From Vicugna vicugna (taxonomy: Eukaryota), in NCBI GenBank assembly GCA_013265495.1, contig MU058636.1, forward strand, positions 5,925,741 through 5,989,740: 64,000 bases of DNA, given 5' to 3'. The notes beneath the pieces are model-generated. The model searched no databases and had not been told where the DNA came from. It saw nothing but the letters and a program-made list of their open reading frames with translations. A program made the position numbers and the translations under genes. Positions within the stretch are counted from its first letter, which is position 1, and the number at the start of each line of letters is the position of its first letter. Shown here piece after piece: positions 24,711 to 37,869 of this stretch.

Positions 24711-25914
24711 GGTACAGTCACTGAGCTCTGAGAGGACCATGTGTTTTGGTTTGGGTCCGCTTATTTTCTGGGACACCAGAATCAGTAACCGGCAGGGCCT
24801 CTCCTCTTCCTGTAGCTGGTGCCACTGTCCCCCAGCTGCTTGCTCCTCACAGCCCTGGTCTCTGATCCATGCTGACCCTCATTAGACTCGGGGCAGCCGT
24901 CCTTGCCCGTTGGCTGGTTTTTGCCTTTTGTGTTCCGTTTCTTCTGAGTGGGGCTCTTGTCTTCTTTTTCCTGTGCTGGCCCACCTGTCATTGACTATCT
25001 CCCTAGTACTATTTTTCTCTATGCCTTTCTCCTATAAGCGCCTCTTCTGGTCCCTGGAGTCCTTGCTTACAACCCAAGCCCCATTCTCTCATGTTGTGAC
25101 CCACCTACCAATCTGGACGTCGAGATCCCGGCCATTCCTGATGGTCTGCTCGCACGGCAGTCCTGCTGAACCCGTCCTCGCAGACAGCCTAGATCTCCAC
25201 ATTTTGGATATTTTGGCTAAATTTGTTGGTCGGAGGGTCCTCTTTTGGTTACTAGATGACTGGACCATGTCAATGTCCTGAAATATTCCAGTTTTCCCTT
25301 TGAAATGTTATACATTTTTTCTACCTTGAGATCTTTCTCCCTCTCTCTTTTTTCCCCAAATGTCAAGTGGAAAAAAAAATGTAAAAAAAATTTCCCCATG
25401 GGATTCTGGAAATGGTGATTACAACGGAACAACTTAGGTTTCAGCAATGTGCTTGGAATACTTAAAGGTACTTTCCACTTCCTAGTTATGGCAGAAGGTT
25501 TCTTTGACTTTCAAAGGATGGAAAAAATACATTATCTTTGTTCTCGGGGAAATTAGGGCTCTCTTATTCCATACTGCATAAAAGTTTTACTTGGAAGTAA
25601 TATCACTTATTTGTCAGAGATTGGATGGAATTAAGTATCTGGTGACATGAAATTGTCCCACTTCTGACTTGTAAGCACAAGTGAAGTATTGGGCACAATT
25701 AATTTTCCTTCCCAATTAACAAGATTTTTTCTTTCATATTCAACCTACTGTTTTGTAGTGTTTCACTAATAACTATTGATTGCAGCATTTTCTTTTGATC
25801 CTAATTTATGAGGAAGGGCACATAGTGAAAAGTGAGGATTTAGATTTTCACCTATGATTCACTTTTAAACCAAAAAGGTGTAGTTTAAATCACTATCCAG
25901 TTTGTTCCCAAAGC

Positions 25915-26050
25915 TTTTAACCTGTGGAGTCCAAACTGACTCTGGGTAGACAGTGTCAGAACTGAATTAAATTACTGGACATCTAGTCAGTGTCTGGCAA
26001 ATTTGGGGGTTGACTGTTGGTATCAGAGGAAACACCCCAGAGCCTACAAT
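25915..26050 (+). mobile_element. MER21-like LTR 3' fragment
   Basis: ctgtggagtccaaactgactctgggtagacagtgtcagaactgaattaaattactggacatctagtcagtgtc. Confidence 0.6.
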
Positions 26051-28200
26051 TGTCATAATTTCCTCTTGTTGTTCTCTAACTATTTGTAAAATGTGAGATG
26101 ATGCCATCTTTGTATATTTCTGTTATTGACAGTCTGTGTCTCTCTTTTTTCTCGATCAGTCTTCCTAGAGGTTTATCCATTTTATTCAGATTTAACAATA
26201 GCTTTCAGTTTTGTTGAAAAATGCTTTATAACCCAGCATATTGCCAGTTTTTGTAAAAATTGCATGTGCATGTGAAAAGTGTGCATGTCCTACAATTGAT
26301 GTGGGCAGTGTTATGTGAAGTGTGTCAAGTTTGTTAGTCATGTTGTTCTCACATTCATCATTTTGCCATGTTGCCTTCTTTTCAAGTAATAAAATACTTC
26401 TTTTTAAATTTTAATTTCGGTTACCTTGTCTGTTATACTTTCCTTTATTATTATTTAATGCTTTCCCTTCATTTATTGCAGTCTAATAAAAATATTACTT
26501 TTCCCAATTCTTCGATTATGCTGGGACCTTAGAATACTTTATTTAGTCCTATTTGGCCTTTCACATTATTTTTATCATATATTATTATCATATATATTTT
26601 AAATTCTGCAGCCCATTACTATTACTGTTTTGTACAATCAACCTTCATTTATGTTAATCCACGTATTTACCACTTTCTGCCACTCTGTATTCCTTCTTGC
26701 ATTTTGTGTTTCTGTTTAGGATTGCTTTACTTTTGCCCAAGGAATTTCTTTTAGTAATTATTTTAGTGAAGTCTACTGGTGATGAACTTTTTCAGTTTTT
26801 GTTTGTGTGAAAACATCCCAATTTTATATTCATTTCTGAAGAATATTTTCATGGACTCTAGAATTCTAGTTTGGCACCATAAAGATGCCTTTTATTATCT
26901 TCTGGCTGCCATCTTTTCTGTTAAAAATTCAGCCCAGTCTTATTTTTTTCTTTTTTGAATATAATGGCACTGTTTTCTTTGGCTATCTTTAAGATTTTTT
27001 TCTCTTTCTTTCTTTCTTTCTTTTCATTTTTTTAAGCATTTAGCAGTTTTACTATGGCATGCCTAAGTGTGAATTTATTTATTTTTTATCTTCTTGGTGT
27101 TTATAGCATCTCTTGAACACATGGGTTGGTGTTTTTTTTATTAGTTTTTAAAGATTCTAGGTCATTAATGTTTAATTTAATACTGCTTCTGCCTCATTTT
27201 CTGTATTGGAACATTGATTACACGTAAAAAAGTTTTTAATCCCTTCTGTGTATTTCTTATATTGTTTTCTGAATTTTCCATAACTTTTCATGCTTTAACC
27301 TGCATATTTTCTTTCTGTTCAGTAAAATCATCTTTTCAAGAGCCCAATATAGTGATGAACTCACCTCTTGAATTGTTGATTTCAGTTTTATTACTTAGTT
27401 ACAGAATTTCTATTTGATTCTTAAAACTGTATTCCACTTTTCTTCCAAAGTTTTCTTATTATCATTTTTTGGACATATTAATCACAGCTGTTTTAAAGCC
27501 AGTGTCTGATACTTCTAATATCTGGATCACCTGTTGGTCTATTTCTATATTCCATTTTTTGTCTTGATAATGTTTCTTGGTATACCTGGTAATTCTTAAT
27601 TGAATGCTAGATATTGTGTACGATCATAATAATATCTTCAGTGAGGGTACTCATTTTAGGTTATGATAGGTAGTAAGAGCAGAGGTAAATATGTTTAATC
27701 TATTCAGGGTTAGAACTGATTCCAGTCTGAACTGCAGTATTTTCAAAGCCCTTGGCTATTTTCAGTTTACTCTCAGAATGCTGTCCTTCCAGGGTTGCAC
27801 CTGAAAGCCAGGGTATTCACTGGGACTTCATCTCCTTGATGAGCCCTGAAATTCAGCTTTTGTCTCCAGAACACAATGAGATTGCTTATCTCTCTGCTTA
27901 GCTTCTCAGTCCGTTAGCTGACACTTTATTCTGGGCTTCTTAGCCTGCAGTCTTGCTCTGCTTGTGAATTAGCAAATACCTCAAAGGGAAAAGCAGAACA
28001 CATTTTTGGTTTTACTTCTCTGCCCTTCCCTTCTCCCTGGAAGTTTTGACCTTCAAGTTCTAGCTTCTTCGTCTGATGCTTTCAATTGTACTTTTAGAAT
28101 TTTATACAGTCTTCCTAGTTGTGCTCGATCTGCAGCAAGGTAGTGTTCACATAGCCGGAAGTTATGCGCTTCACACTGTTGGAGGATTTCATGATTTTGA
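26050..28200 (-). mobile_element. Ancient L1M (ORF2 5' pieces, ORF1, 5'UTR), antisense, heavily decayed
   Basis: T-rich strand; tcagtcttcctagaggtttatccatttt; gtctactggtgatgaactttttcagtttttgtttgtgtgaaaac...ttcatttctgaagaatattttcatggactctagaattctagtttggca. Confidence 0.75.
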
Positions 28201-28479
28201 TTTTCAGCCTCAATATTATGATGGTTTCCATGATTTTTGGGACAATCTTTAAGAAAAAATATTGTGCAACTATTTATGTTTAGTACTGACATCTTACATT
28301 TTAATTAAGTTTTCATTTTTCATTGAAGGACGAGGATAAGCAGTGCCTCAGTTCTGCACGTTTCTTTGGCGCCTTGCAGTAAGGTCCCTAAATGTGATAC
28401 TGTCGATGGGCTTAATTGTTATGTAAGTTATCAAGTTCACTGGATAATAGGTGCCATTACAGAATTTTTGTGATCTCCT

Positions 28480-29195
28480 TTTTAGGCAGATATAAAAGCT
28501 AATATATCTATGGTGCAGTTATCTGTATTTCTGGGACTAAAACATGTTATATATTCTAACTTTCTTTAACTTCCTAGCAATACTGTGGCATATATACTGT
28601 TTTTATGCCTATTTTACAAATGAGGAAATTGAAGCCAGTATTAATTTTCTATTGCTGAATAACACATTTCCACACATTTAAAGGCTTAAAACATCTTACA
28701 CATTTACTATCTCACATTTACATGGTCAGGAATCTGGGTCTGGCTTAGCTGGATCGTATTCTCAGGGTTTTACAAGGCTGTAATCAAGGCATCAGCTGTT
28801 CTGTTTAAGACAGACATCCTCTTCCAAGCTCGTCTGGTTGGTGTAAAATTAATTTCCTTGGCGCTGTAGAACTCATGGTGGCTCGCTTCTTCAAGTTTGA
28901 TGGGAGGTTCTCTTCTGATTAACCTAGAGTTAATTGATTAGGACCTTTAATTACATTTACCACATTTCTTGGCTGCTGCCATATTCTTTTGGTTAGAAGC
29001 AAGTCCACATGTTCCACAGGTTAGGAGCGAGCGCTTGAGGGGGAGAAGATTAGACAAGGCTGTGACTCATGGGGATCACCCTAGGGGATGTCCTCTGCAA
29101 AGCCCCAAGTAGTTAATTCACCTGCCCCTGCTCGGTCAGTGGTAGGGGCGGGATTTGAATCCAAAGTGCTGGGCGCTAGAGCCCACATCCTTTGC
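28480..29195 (-). mobile_element. MIR SINE split by an MLT1 LTR (pieces ~28480-28636 and 29100-29195)
   Basis: cctattttacaaatgaggaaattgaagcc continues after the LTR as aagccccaagtagttaattcacctgccc...gggatttgaatcca. Confidence 0.75.
28637..29099 (-). mobile_element. MaLR solo LTR (MLT1E/F-like) with intact 5-bp TSD
   Basis: gtattaattttctattgctg...ggcttaaaaca...ggtcaggaatctgggtctggcttagctgg...; TSD AAGCC at 28632-28636 and 29100-29104. Confidence 0.8.
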
Positions 29196-29890
29196 TGCTT
29201 GCTTTCTGAAGACCATCCATTCTCATGCAGTACAGTCTGAGAAAGACTTGATAGGACTTGGACGCAGACGTTCTAAAGCATACATTTTGCATGGTTGTGT
29301 TCTCTGTTCACTTGGTTGTTATAGACTCTCTTTATATAATCAACCAAGCCTCTACGTTCTGTGACAAGTGACATTCTTTTTCTTGTGGCACTAGAAGTGC
29401 TAAATTTACTGATATCAGTAACACATATTTTGGAAACCCCTAAATTTGTAAAATTGGAACAGATTGGGCAGGTATACAATTTAAGTAGCAGTTCCTTTGT
29501 AGGACTGCTGATTACATGTATAAAATTTAAATCTTGATCAGTGAGTGATGGATAATGCTACAAGGGCATTAAATTTTAGGTAAAGGAAGAAATGGGAGGG
29601 TGTGTGAACCTGTTTAGTCACACGTATGTTTAAGCCCTAGACACTGTTGATTATATGGTTCATTTATTATTACAGCCCTATATTCTGCTTATTTTAAAAC
29701 ATGAGATGAAAATCTTTATGTGCAATAATCCTGGGAAGTAACTCTCTCAGACTACCTGTGCAAAATGTCCACAATCAGCCAATTTAAACACAGAGTTTAT
29801 TCAAATTCAGGGTGCAGGAATCTTCAGTACGTCCCTAGCAATAGTATTTGAGAATGGAATTGCACTGCCTGCTGTTGCCCAGGTTACATG

Positions 29891-29916
<26 letters not shown>
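29891..29916. repeat. (CA)13 microsatellite
   Basis: Perfect CA run. Confidence 0.95.
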
Positions 29917-29921
<5 letters not shown>

Positions 29922-31444
29922 AAATTCCTACACATCCCTTCATATTGCCAGAAGAGAAGATACTGCCCTGGGTCCTCAGGAGACAGAGAGGACAAAAGTT
30001 CCCAGACCAACAGTCCATGACTATAAAACAACTCAGAAACCACTATAACTTAGCTCAGCACCTCAGAATTGTCAAGGTACTGTCAATAAACCATAAAGTC
30101 CCCTGGGAAACTAACATTTTGGTCTTGTTATTCTTCCTTCCTGTCATCTTACATTTCTGAGGCATCTTTCCTCCGCATGTACTGGCCTAATTGCATAGTT
30201 GGCCTCACCAGTTCTTGCCGTGATTAGACTCCTCATGTTTCTCTGTCTTGTTGATGAACTTTGTTTTCAAATGCCACCCGAAAGTACTTCTCACCTACAC
30301 GGACTTTGCCTCCTGTTTTTCTCCTCTATACTCTTATTTTCATTTTGAACTGTTGTCTTCTAATTCTGTAATGTGATTGGGGCAACAACTGGCAAGAAAC
30401 ATACGGCACAAAAATAGACCCATAGAGTAATCATCGTTACCACTTTCCATATTCATATAATACTTCGCACTACATAAATGTTAACTAATGAGACTTCAAA
30501 ATGTCCCTATAAGGAAATTCTTAGATACAGTTTACAAATTAAGAAAGAGAATTAGAAGGAAGAAACACCTGATGGGGTGGAAGTAACTGCTGGGGGCAGA
30601 AAGTGGGGTCCTTGGGCTCAAGCACACAGCCTTGGGAAACTCCAACCATGGGAATACCTGCCATCGCTCACGTCCCCTTGTTGGTGAAGCTGTGTCTGTT
30701 CCTTGTCACCATGAAGTTGAATCAGAATGTTTTATTTCTTAAGAGATATTGGGAAATAGATCCACAGGCCCCAACTGATCTCTTGGAAGCAGAGACTGAA
30801 GAATGTTAGGACTATATCCCTTTAGACATCGATGGTACCTCAAAATACCCACGTAATTTCAACTCGTGGTCATGCTCAGCCGAATCTGACCTGCTTTTAG
30901 AAAGGACATACTCTTCTGATGAAATGGTGTGTTCTTGGCTTCCAACCTTAAAGACACCTTCTTCCTACCACTTGCAAATACACATTTGTACCCCTTTCCA
31001 AGGCTAGGAGTATTGGAGTCATGTCTGCCTCTTTTCCTGTATGTCATATCCATCCAATGGAGAGTCTTACTGTCCTTTTATTTTTTGATATGTATTTTGC
31101 TTTCTCATTTTATTTATCATTTAAGTCCAGATTTTAAGCGTTTTCTGTCTAGAGTGGTTCTCCAGCCGTGTAGGAAATGTCTCTGACTATAGTTTTCTTC
31201 ACTATAGTTTTCTGCATGATGCTTCCTGGGGAATATTTCAGAATTGATCAGTATAAACATCACTGTCTGCAGGGTACAAACGCTTTTTGCCTGTTCAGCT
31301 TTATTTTCCCCTTCGTCTCTTAATAGCACACCATATTTAAAGGGGAGGTGTTATCACAGCACTGCTTTCTTCTCCCATGTGCTAGAAAACAGGTGTCCCC
31401 CATGATCCACACTGCCTTAGCCGCTTAAATGCATAAATATTTTC

Positions 31445-32612
31445 TAAAACATAAAAGTGTGAGAAGAATGATATTACCTTACATTTTTGTAAATCTCTTT
31501 AATAGTTAACCTAATAAGCAAACATGCTTCTGCATTCAATCTGTGTAATATGTTGTTATTGTTAAATGTGTATTTTGTTCCATGAAGAAAATATGGTCTT
31601 ACGCAGATACGTAGTTGGAAAAGGGATGGTTATAATAACCTTTGTAGGTATGAATATTTTTCTTTGATACCATACTAAAACTTGACAAGTGGTGGTTTCT
31701 TTAAAGTTAGTTGCAATGTGAAATTTGAAACCACATTGATGACCTTTTTGTAGTCAGCTACAATAAAGTGCCCTGGTCTACTCTGAATGGATCTTACCTA
31801 TGCATGGTTTTGTAATATCCTGCGTTGACCATTTGGAAAACATGAGTTCACTGAGATACGCAAATATGGACACACTTCATTATAAGATGCCAAAAAAAAA
31901 AACACATTCCAACCAACATCACCAGGGACCTCATCAGAGAAGTCTTTATATATTTGGATGCCATCACACTCACAGTGGCAGATAAACGTTTTCTAAAGTT
32001 CAAAATGAGCAAGCTCAAACGTTATCATTTGCAAATCAAATGATATCAAATGTTATCATCTCCAGAAAATGTATGCTAAATACCCAAATCTGAATGACCA
32101 CAGTTTATTCTATCAGTTATTTTGTCAAGTTAAAATGATATTCCGTGTAAATGTGGCGAGTGCAGCTCACAACTCAAACAGTTGCCTCAGTGCTTTTCCA
32201 CACCGCATGACTGTGCGGTGCAAAGCAGAAGTGTTTTACGTACACCTCCTATTTTGTTACACAGAACAATAAAAACTCATGTACTCAAGAGTTGAGATTT
32301 AATAAAATTAAATTTTTTTTTACTGTGTCATCAATGACATTCTTAAATAAAAGTGGCTTTTTAATTTTTTTCCTAAATGCAACCGTGGACCGTGTGGCAG
32401 TAAATAAATGACTTGGTACAATTTGGGCCGTCTGGCTAAAGCAGCAGCAGTTTTAGCCAACACTGCATTTGCATTATTAGTGCAAATATCAACACAGTAA
32501 AACGGGGAAATAATGTCTTAGTAGTGTTATAAAGCTAGTTTGACCTTGTAATTCCCTGAAAATGCCTTGGGGACCCTCCAGGCATCTGAAAACAGCACTT
32601 AAAAAACTGCTG
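31445..32612 (-). mobile_element. Charlie1-type hAT DNA transposon remnant
   Basis: ttacatttttgtaaatctctttaat...gcttctgcattcaatctg...cagatacgtagttggaaaaggga...; TIR-like end ggggaccctccagg...cacttaaaaaactgctg. Confidence 0.8.
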
Positions 32613-33409
32613 GTATAAAGAAATGCTCTTTTCACTGAAATTGCCAAGCTTCTAGAGTTAGGAAAGAATGAGGCCATCACACAGGCAAACTGAGCTGAGA
32701 GAGGAGAGAGCTCTGCCAGTATCTCCCGCAGCCCTGGATTGAGCCTAACAGAGCCAGTATATTCTCTTTGTGGCCTAAGCAGGCTCGAGTTGGATTTCTT
32801 TTCCTTTTAAGGCAAAAGGTCACAATAAGTTGGCTCTGTCTTATCCATCCAGTTTCCTCCACTAATTTAGCATTCACCATGAGTGCTTCCAAAGGTCCCT
32901 ACCCACGTGTTTATGGCTACCTTTACTTCTTTCTCGTGTGCTCACTCTTCAGGATATCTCTTACCCACGCCATGCAAGTCCAAGCACTACCAATGTTCTT
33001 GAAGACTTCCCCTGATGGCTCCCTTTCCTGAAATCTGGGAAGCTACTATCAGCAGCATACTTTTTAGTGTTAAATTACTCTCTGAGCTCTTACGAGTTTT
33101 GATCTTGTCATTCCAATTATAATATTAGTTTCCTGATGACAGGGGTCATGTTTTGAACTCCATTTATATGTTCTGTGCACATCATTGGAGATACTATAAA
33201 TAATAATCTTTTTTAAATCCAGGGAATTAAAAAAACATTTAGAACAATGTTATTAGTCAACTAAACAGAGCAATTTCCTTCAGAAAGCCATCTGCAATCA
33301 GCCTTCTGGAATAAAAACAGATACACAGTGAACCATCTAACAGTATAACCACTGGCAAAAGCTCTTTGTAGTTTCAGACTCATACAGGTGTTTATTATTA
33401 TAAGAAGCT

Positions 33410-33670
33410 GACAAATTGAGGGTAACAGTAGTTCCTGTTTACCAAGTGCCATCTATGTGATAAGCAATAGCCTAGGTACTTTACAGAAAAAGTATCTGTG
33501 ATCCTCACAAGAACCTAGAAATGTGGATTTTATGATTAATGTCTTACGTACGAGGAATTAGACTCAGAGAGGTTAAAACATTTTTCCAAGTAGTGCAGCT
33601 TACCCATGGGATAGCTAGGACTCACAAAGTCGTTGGCTTTAAGTCATGTAATTCTTCCATTAACATATGC
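33410..33670 (-). mobile_element. MIR SINE
   Basis: tttaccaagtgccatctatgtg...atcctcacaagaacc...gaggaattagactcagagaggttaa. Confidence 0.7.
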
Positions 33671-33699
33671 TGCAAACACTCACAAGAATAATATTAGAC

Positions 33700-33960
33700 T
33701 CAACTGAACACTCATTTGTTGAGCGCCTCTAATAGAAAGCACTGTGCTTGGTGCAACAGGTGATTGCAAAACGAGAAAGAAGCCCCTGGTTTAGCCTCCT
33801 GATGTTTACTGTCTATGTGTGGAGAGCAGTTTGCCCAGCAAGCAGTTACACTTGAACACGTATAATGTGCAATCTCATTAAAATATCGACATGAGCTCCC
33901 AAGGAGAAGAAAGGAATGGTATGTGCCTTGAGGATGCATCCTGTGTTGAAACATCAGTTG
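33700..33960 (-). mobile_element. L2 3' end, antisense
   Basis: catttgttgagcgcctctaatagaaagcactgtgcttggtgc. Confidence 0.55.
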
Positions 33961-34369
33961 GAAGCAATTGTCTTTAAATCTCTTTCTACAATTGGTCTTG
34001 AAGACAACCAATTATAGAAGTAATTACAGAGGAAGGATAAAGAATCCCTATTACTTGTGGTAGGAACATGAATTTTAGAATCGAAGGATTGGAGGTCACA
34101 TTTTTTCTGCCAGGTCTTAGGCCTGAACCTTAGCTGTTCATCAAGAAATGGTGCACTACCTGTGCCATGGGAATGTCAGTCTGATTTAATAAGGAAGAAG
34201 ACACTTGGTGCGCACGTGGTGCTGGTATTAAATAGATGTTCTACTTCCTTCCCTGGTGATCTCTTCAAGTCACCCTTCTTAGCAATCAGGTACTTGAGGA
34301 ATGAGTGTCATGGTCACGGTTAGAAGGGAGATTATGGTCTTTGCTCCAGCCTTCAACAGAAATGCGAGG

Positions 34370-34600
34370 ACAACCTGAGCAGCATCCTTACTGAACACTC
34401 CTCCAAAATCACTAGGGGGAGCACTTCACTGTTAGGCATCTTCCCACTCAGATTCTTAAACGATTCTTTTTTTTATTCTAATAGAATGGGATTTCTATCA
34501 GGATATCTTTGTAAGTTCCCACCCTTGGTCCTGTTCTCAGATGCTACATACGAAAACTCTTATTCCTCTTACCCATGGGAGACATTCAAATACTTAAAGT
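34370..34600. mobile_element. Possible L3/CR1 remnant
   Basis: ttcccacccttggtcctgttctc...attcctcttacccatgggagacattcaaatacttaaag resembles the recalled L3 3' region. Confidence 0.4.
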
Positions 34601-35664
34601 CATGAATCTGCTCCTGTAAAAAAAAAAAAAGATTACTTAAATTGTGCATCAACTATATAGAATAAACCATGTAAACAGTTGTTTTGAAGTCTTCATTTCA
34701 AGTTAAAAATAAGAAAAAAATTGGAAGAAATTAGAGATATTCATTTGGAGAAATATCTACAATTTGAGCTGAAGGTTTGCACTTCCTATACGATTGTTTG
34801 GAAGTTATCCACTTTAGAATGGTTAAATGTACTCTTTTGAACTTGAGGGGTGGTTTGTGAACATTTCCTAGCTCTGAATTATCAGGATCCCTAACTATCT
34901 AGATCCTGAGGTCAGATTTTGAGAAAAATAAAAGAATAAATCGCTCTTAAGAGTATGGCCTTACTTTTGAAAGACGATTTGATGCCTAAAAGGAAAACCC
35001 ATATTTTCTCCTAGAAGAATTTCAGTAGTGATTTAGTGACAATAATGTGACTGAAACTGTTGTTCCCAAACAATGAAAAAAGCAAAAGCCTCTTCTCAAT
35101 AGTGACTAGAAAATCCTTGATGATTTTAGACATGTCATAAATATAGTCCTAAGGAAACTGTTGGGAAAGGAGCATCTTGTTTTCTTTGTTTATATACTGG
35201 GAAACAAGAACACTTACCACTTTAAAACTGGGAAGTTGTAACTTACATGATGACATAGTTCCTGAAGTAAGCTGGAATCCTCAGGATCCAAGAACGCAGA
35301 CACCTAATCGCAGCAGCAAACACTCAAAAGTGTTTGTTCAGTCTTAGAAATAATACATGGTGGTGATTTCTGGGCTCGACTGGTGTAAGTTATCGCCTGA
35401 TGGCAGCTTGCAAATACAGATGAACACAGCAAATTGTGCACCATCTCAGGACTGCTGAAGCCAAAACTCATACATTTCCTTAAACTCTGCTGAACCAGCA
35501 TATTAGAAACTCCACAGAAAATTTTCTAGTTTACAAATAAAAAATACATTATATCATACCAAAAAGTATTTCAGATGCCTAAACCTGAAATCCATGATTG
35601 TATTAAGTTAAGGGATTTTATTTCTTAGAAGACTTTTTGCATCAAGAACATATAAAAGAAAGTG

Positions 35665-35845
35665 CAGAGTCATGGACAGAGAATGAACTGGCATCTCAGG
35701 AGGCTCTTCCACCCTTAAATGGGTGACCTTGGACAAAGCACTAAATGGCTATTGAGTCTATGTCCTTATTTGTAAAACGAGAAAATAACTCCTGCCTTAA
35801 CTATCCCTAGGTGTGTCCTGACAATCAAATCAGAAAATTCGTAAC
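35665..35845 (+). mobile_element. MIR SINE
   Basis: gggtgaccttggacaaagcactaaat...ccttatttgtaaaacgagaaaataa. Confidence 0.7.
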
Positions 35846-35851
35846 ACGGCA

Positions 35852-35981
35852 GGGGAGGGTATAGCTCAGTGGTAGATTACATGCTTAGTTAGCATGCAAG
35901 AGGTCCCAGGTTCAATCCCCAGTATCTCCATTAAAAAACTAAATAAACCTAATTACCTCCACCCCCCAAAACAAACAAACA
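35852..35981 (+). mobile_element. tRNA-Ala-derived camelid SINE (Vic-1-type), long form
   Basis: ggggagggtatagctcagtggtag...ggttcaatccccagtatctccattaaaa + aaataaacctaattacctcc...(CAAA)n tail; 4-bp TTAG duplication in the anticodon loop; no TSD seen. Confidence 0.9.
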
Positions 35982-36280
35982 TCTTCATAGACCTCACATT
36001 CCAGTAGAGATGGGAGTAAAAAGAAAGTCATACTAACAAAATTATAATACAAGTTAATATTAAGAAAGAAACTAACAGGGGGCGGAGAGAACAAATAGAC
36101 AGGGGTGGTACCTTGGATAGAATGATCAGGGTGGGTCTTCCTAAAGAGGTGAGACTGAAATTAAGACATAATAAGTTGGGGAAGGATAATGGCAAGGATC
36201 CTGCTAAAGAACACAGGTGCAGCTTTTGGCTTGATAAAGACTGATGAGAAGTGGGAAAGCAAGAGGAAAGAGAGTTCTGG
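35982..36280 (-). mobile_element. L2 fragment, antisense
   Basis: cttcatagacctcacattccagtagag...ggatagaatgatcagggtgggtcttcctaaagaggtgagactgaa. Confidence 0.6.
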
Positions 36281-36667
36281 AAATATTTGTACCTCATTTC
36301 TGCTCTCATGATTCAGTGGAGTTTCCCAAACTGGTGTGGATGTGTTTCAATATTTTCATAGTTAGCATGGTTGTACTACAGAAAACAGGATAGGCATTAG
36401 TCTTGAGAATTGGTATTTTCCTAAACATACTTTGGAAATACACTCTATGCAATAACATAGAAACAGAAAACAGAAGGCATTTTTGATGAATGGGAAATAA
36501 ATTTGCTGGCTTATAGAGGAGAGTTTGGGATGATGTTTGGTTCCAGATAAAGTTTGATGAGCATTCTGGGCAGACAGTGGAAAGCTCTGAATGTTGTTGT
36601 TGTTGTTGATTTGTTTTGTTTTGTTTTTAACATAGTGAGTGTATTATTATTTTTATTTTAAAAATCT

Positions 36668-37412
36668 TATTTTTTCCAGCTTTGTTAGAATAGTACTGAC
36701 ATACAACACATGTAAGTGTAGGGCATACAGTATGGTGATTTGATATACTTATATACTGCAAAATGGCTCCCACAGTAAGATAACATCTCTATCCCCTCAT
36801 ATAATTATCTTTTTTTGTGTGTGCATGGTGTAGTAATATTTAAGATCTACTCTATTAACAACTTTCAAGTATATAATATAGTAGTGTTAATTTTAGCCAC
36901 CATGCTGTACATCAGTTCCCCATAACTCCTTCATCTTAAAGGTTTGTACCCTTGAACCAACATTTCTCCATTTCATCCCACCCCAAGCTTCTGGCAATCA
37001 CCATTCTGCTCTATCTCTGTGCGTTCATCTTTTTAAGATTCTGTTTATAACTGAGAACATACAGTATTTGTTTTTCTCTGACTTATTTCACTTAGCACAA
37101 TGCCCTCAAGTTCTATCCATGGGTTATAAAAGGCAGAATTTCCTTCTTTCTCATGGCTAATTTTTATATATATGTATGTATATGTGTGTGTGTGTGTATA
37201 TATATATATGTATGTATATGTGTGTGTATGTATACACACACATATATATCAATCACACTTTCAAATATATATATATATGTGTATATATGTATGTATATAT
37301 ACATATATATATATATCACATTTTCTTTATCCATTCATCTATTGATGGATACTTAGGTTATTTCCATAACTTAGCTATTGTGAATATTGCTACAATGGAC
37401 CTTGGGTTGCAG
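36668..37412 (-). mobile_element. L1MA-type (L1MA9-like) 3' end, antisense
   Basis: ttaagatctactctattaacaactttcaagtatataata...ctctgacttatttcacttagcacaatgccctcaagttctatccatg...ttctttatccattcatctattgatggatacttaggtt. Confidence 0.85.
37165..37317. repeat. Compound (TA)n/(TG)n/(CA)n microsatellite expanded inside the L1
   Basis: tatatatgtatgtatatgtgtgtgtgtgtatatatatatg...; source of Y/I/V/C-rich ORFs. Confidence 0.9.
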
Positions 37413-37869
37413 ATTCTGGATGTTAAGTGTATTTTTTATTCACTGTAATGTTGACACTAGCATCTTAACTTTTCTGGTGGAGACAGATCCTGAGAGCTCC
37501 CTCTGCATCCCAGTTGCCTTGGCCCATCACCGGCCCCCTTTACCACCTCCCCATGATCTGGGACATGCCTGGTATTGCAGAGGGCCTTCCAGGACCTTTC
37601 TGACATCCATTCTGATTAGGTAGTGTTTATTCATTATTGGTTGTTAAATATTTTGAATGTCACTTCTCTTAGTTCCATAGAACTATTACAGAAAAAACAA
37701 TCTGTGTTCAAATAGGTTGAGACATAAGAGAGAGATGTAAGAGTCAGTGCCTCCAAACGTGCTTGGGAGACTCTTCACTCCTAAGTAGCAGCTTATGGGC
37801 CCAGAGAGCCACAGAGTTAACTTCAGGAAACACTCTTGATCTGTTTCAATGATCTTACTTGTCTCCTTG

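Noticed and set aside
37045..37448. Y/I/V/C/H/T-rich ORFs
   Set aside because: Translation of a TA/TG microsatellite inside an L1 3' end.
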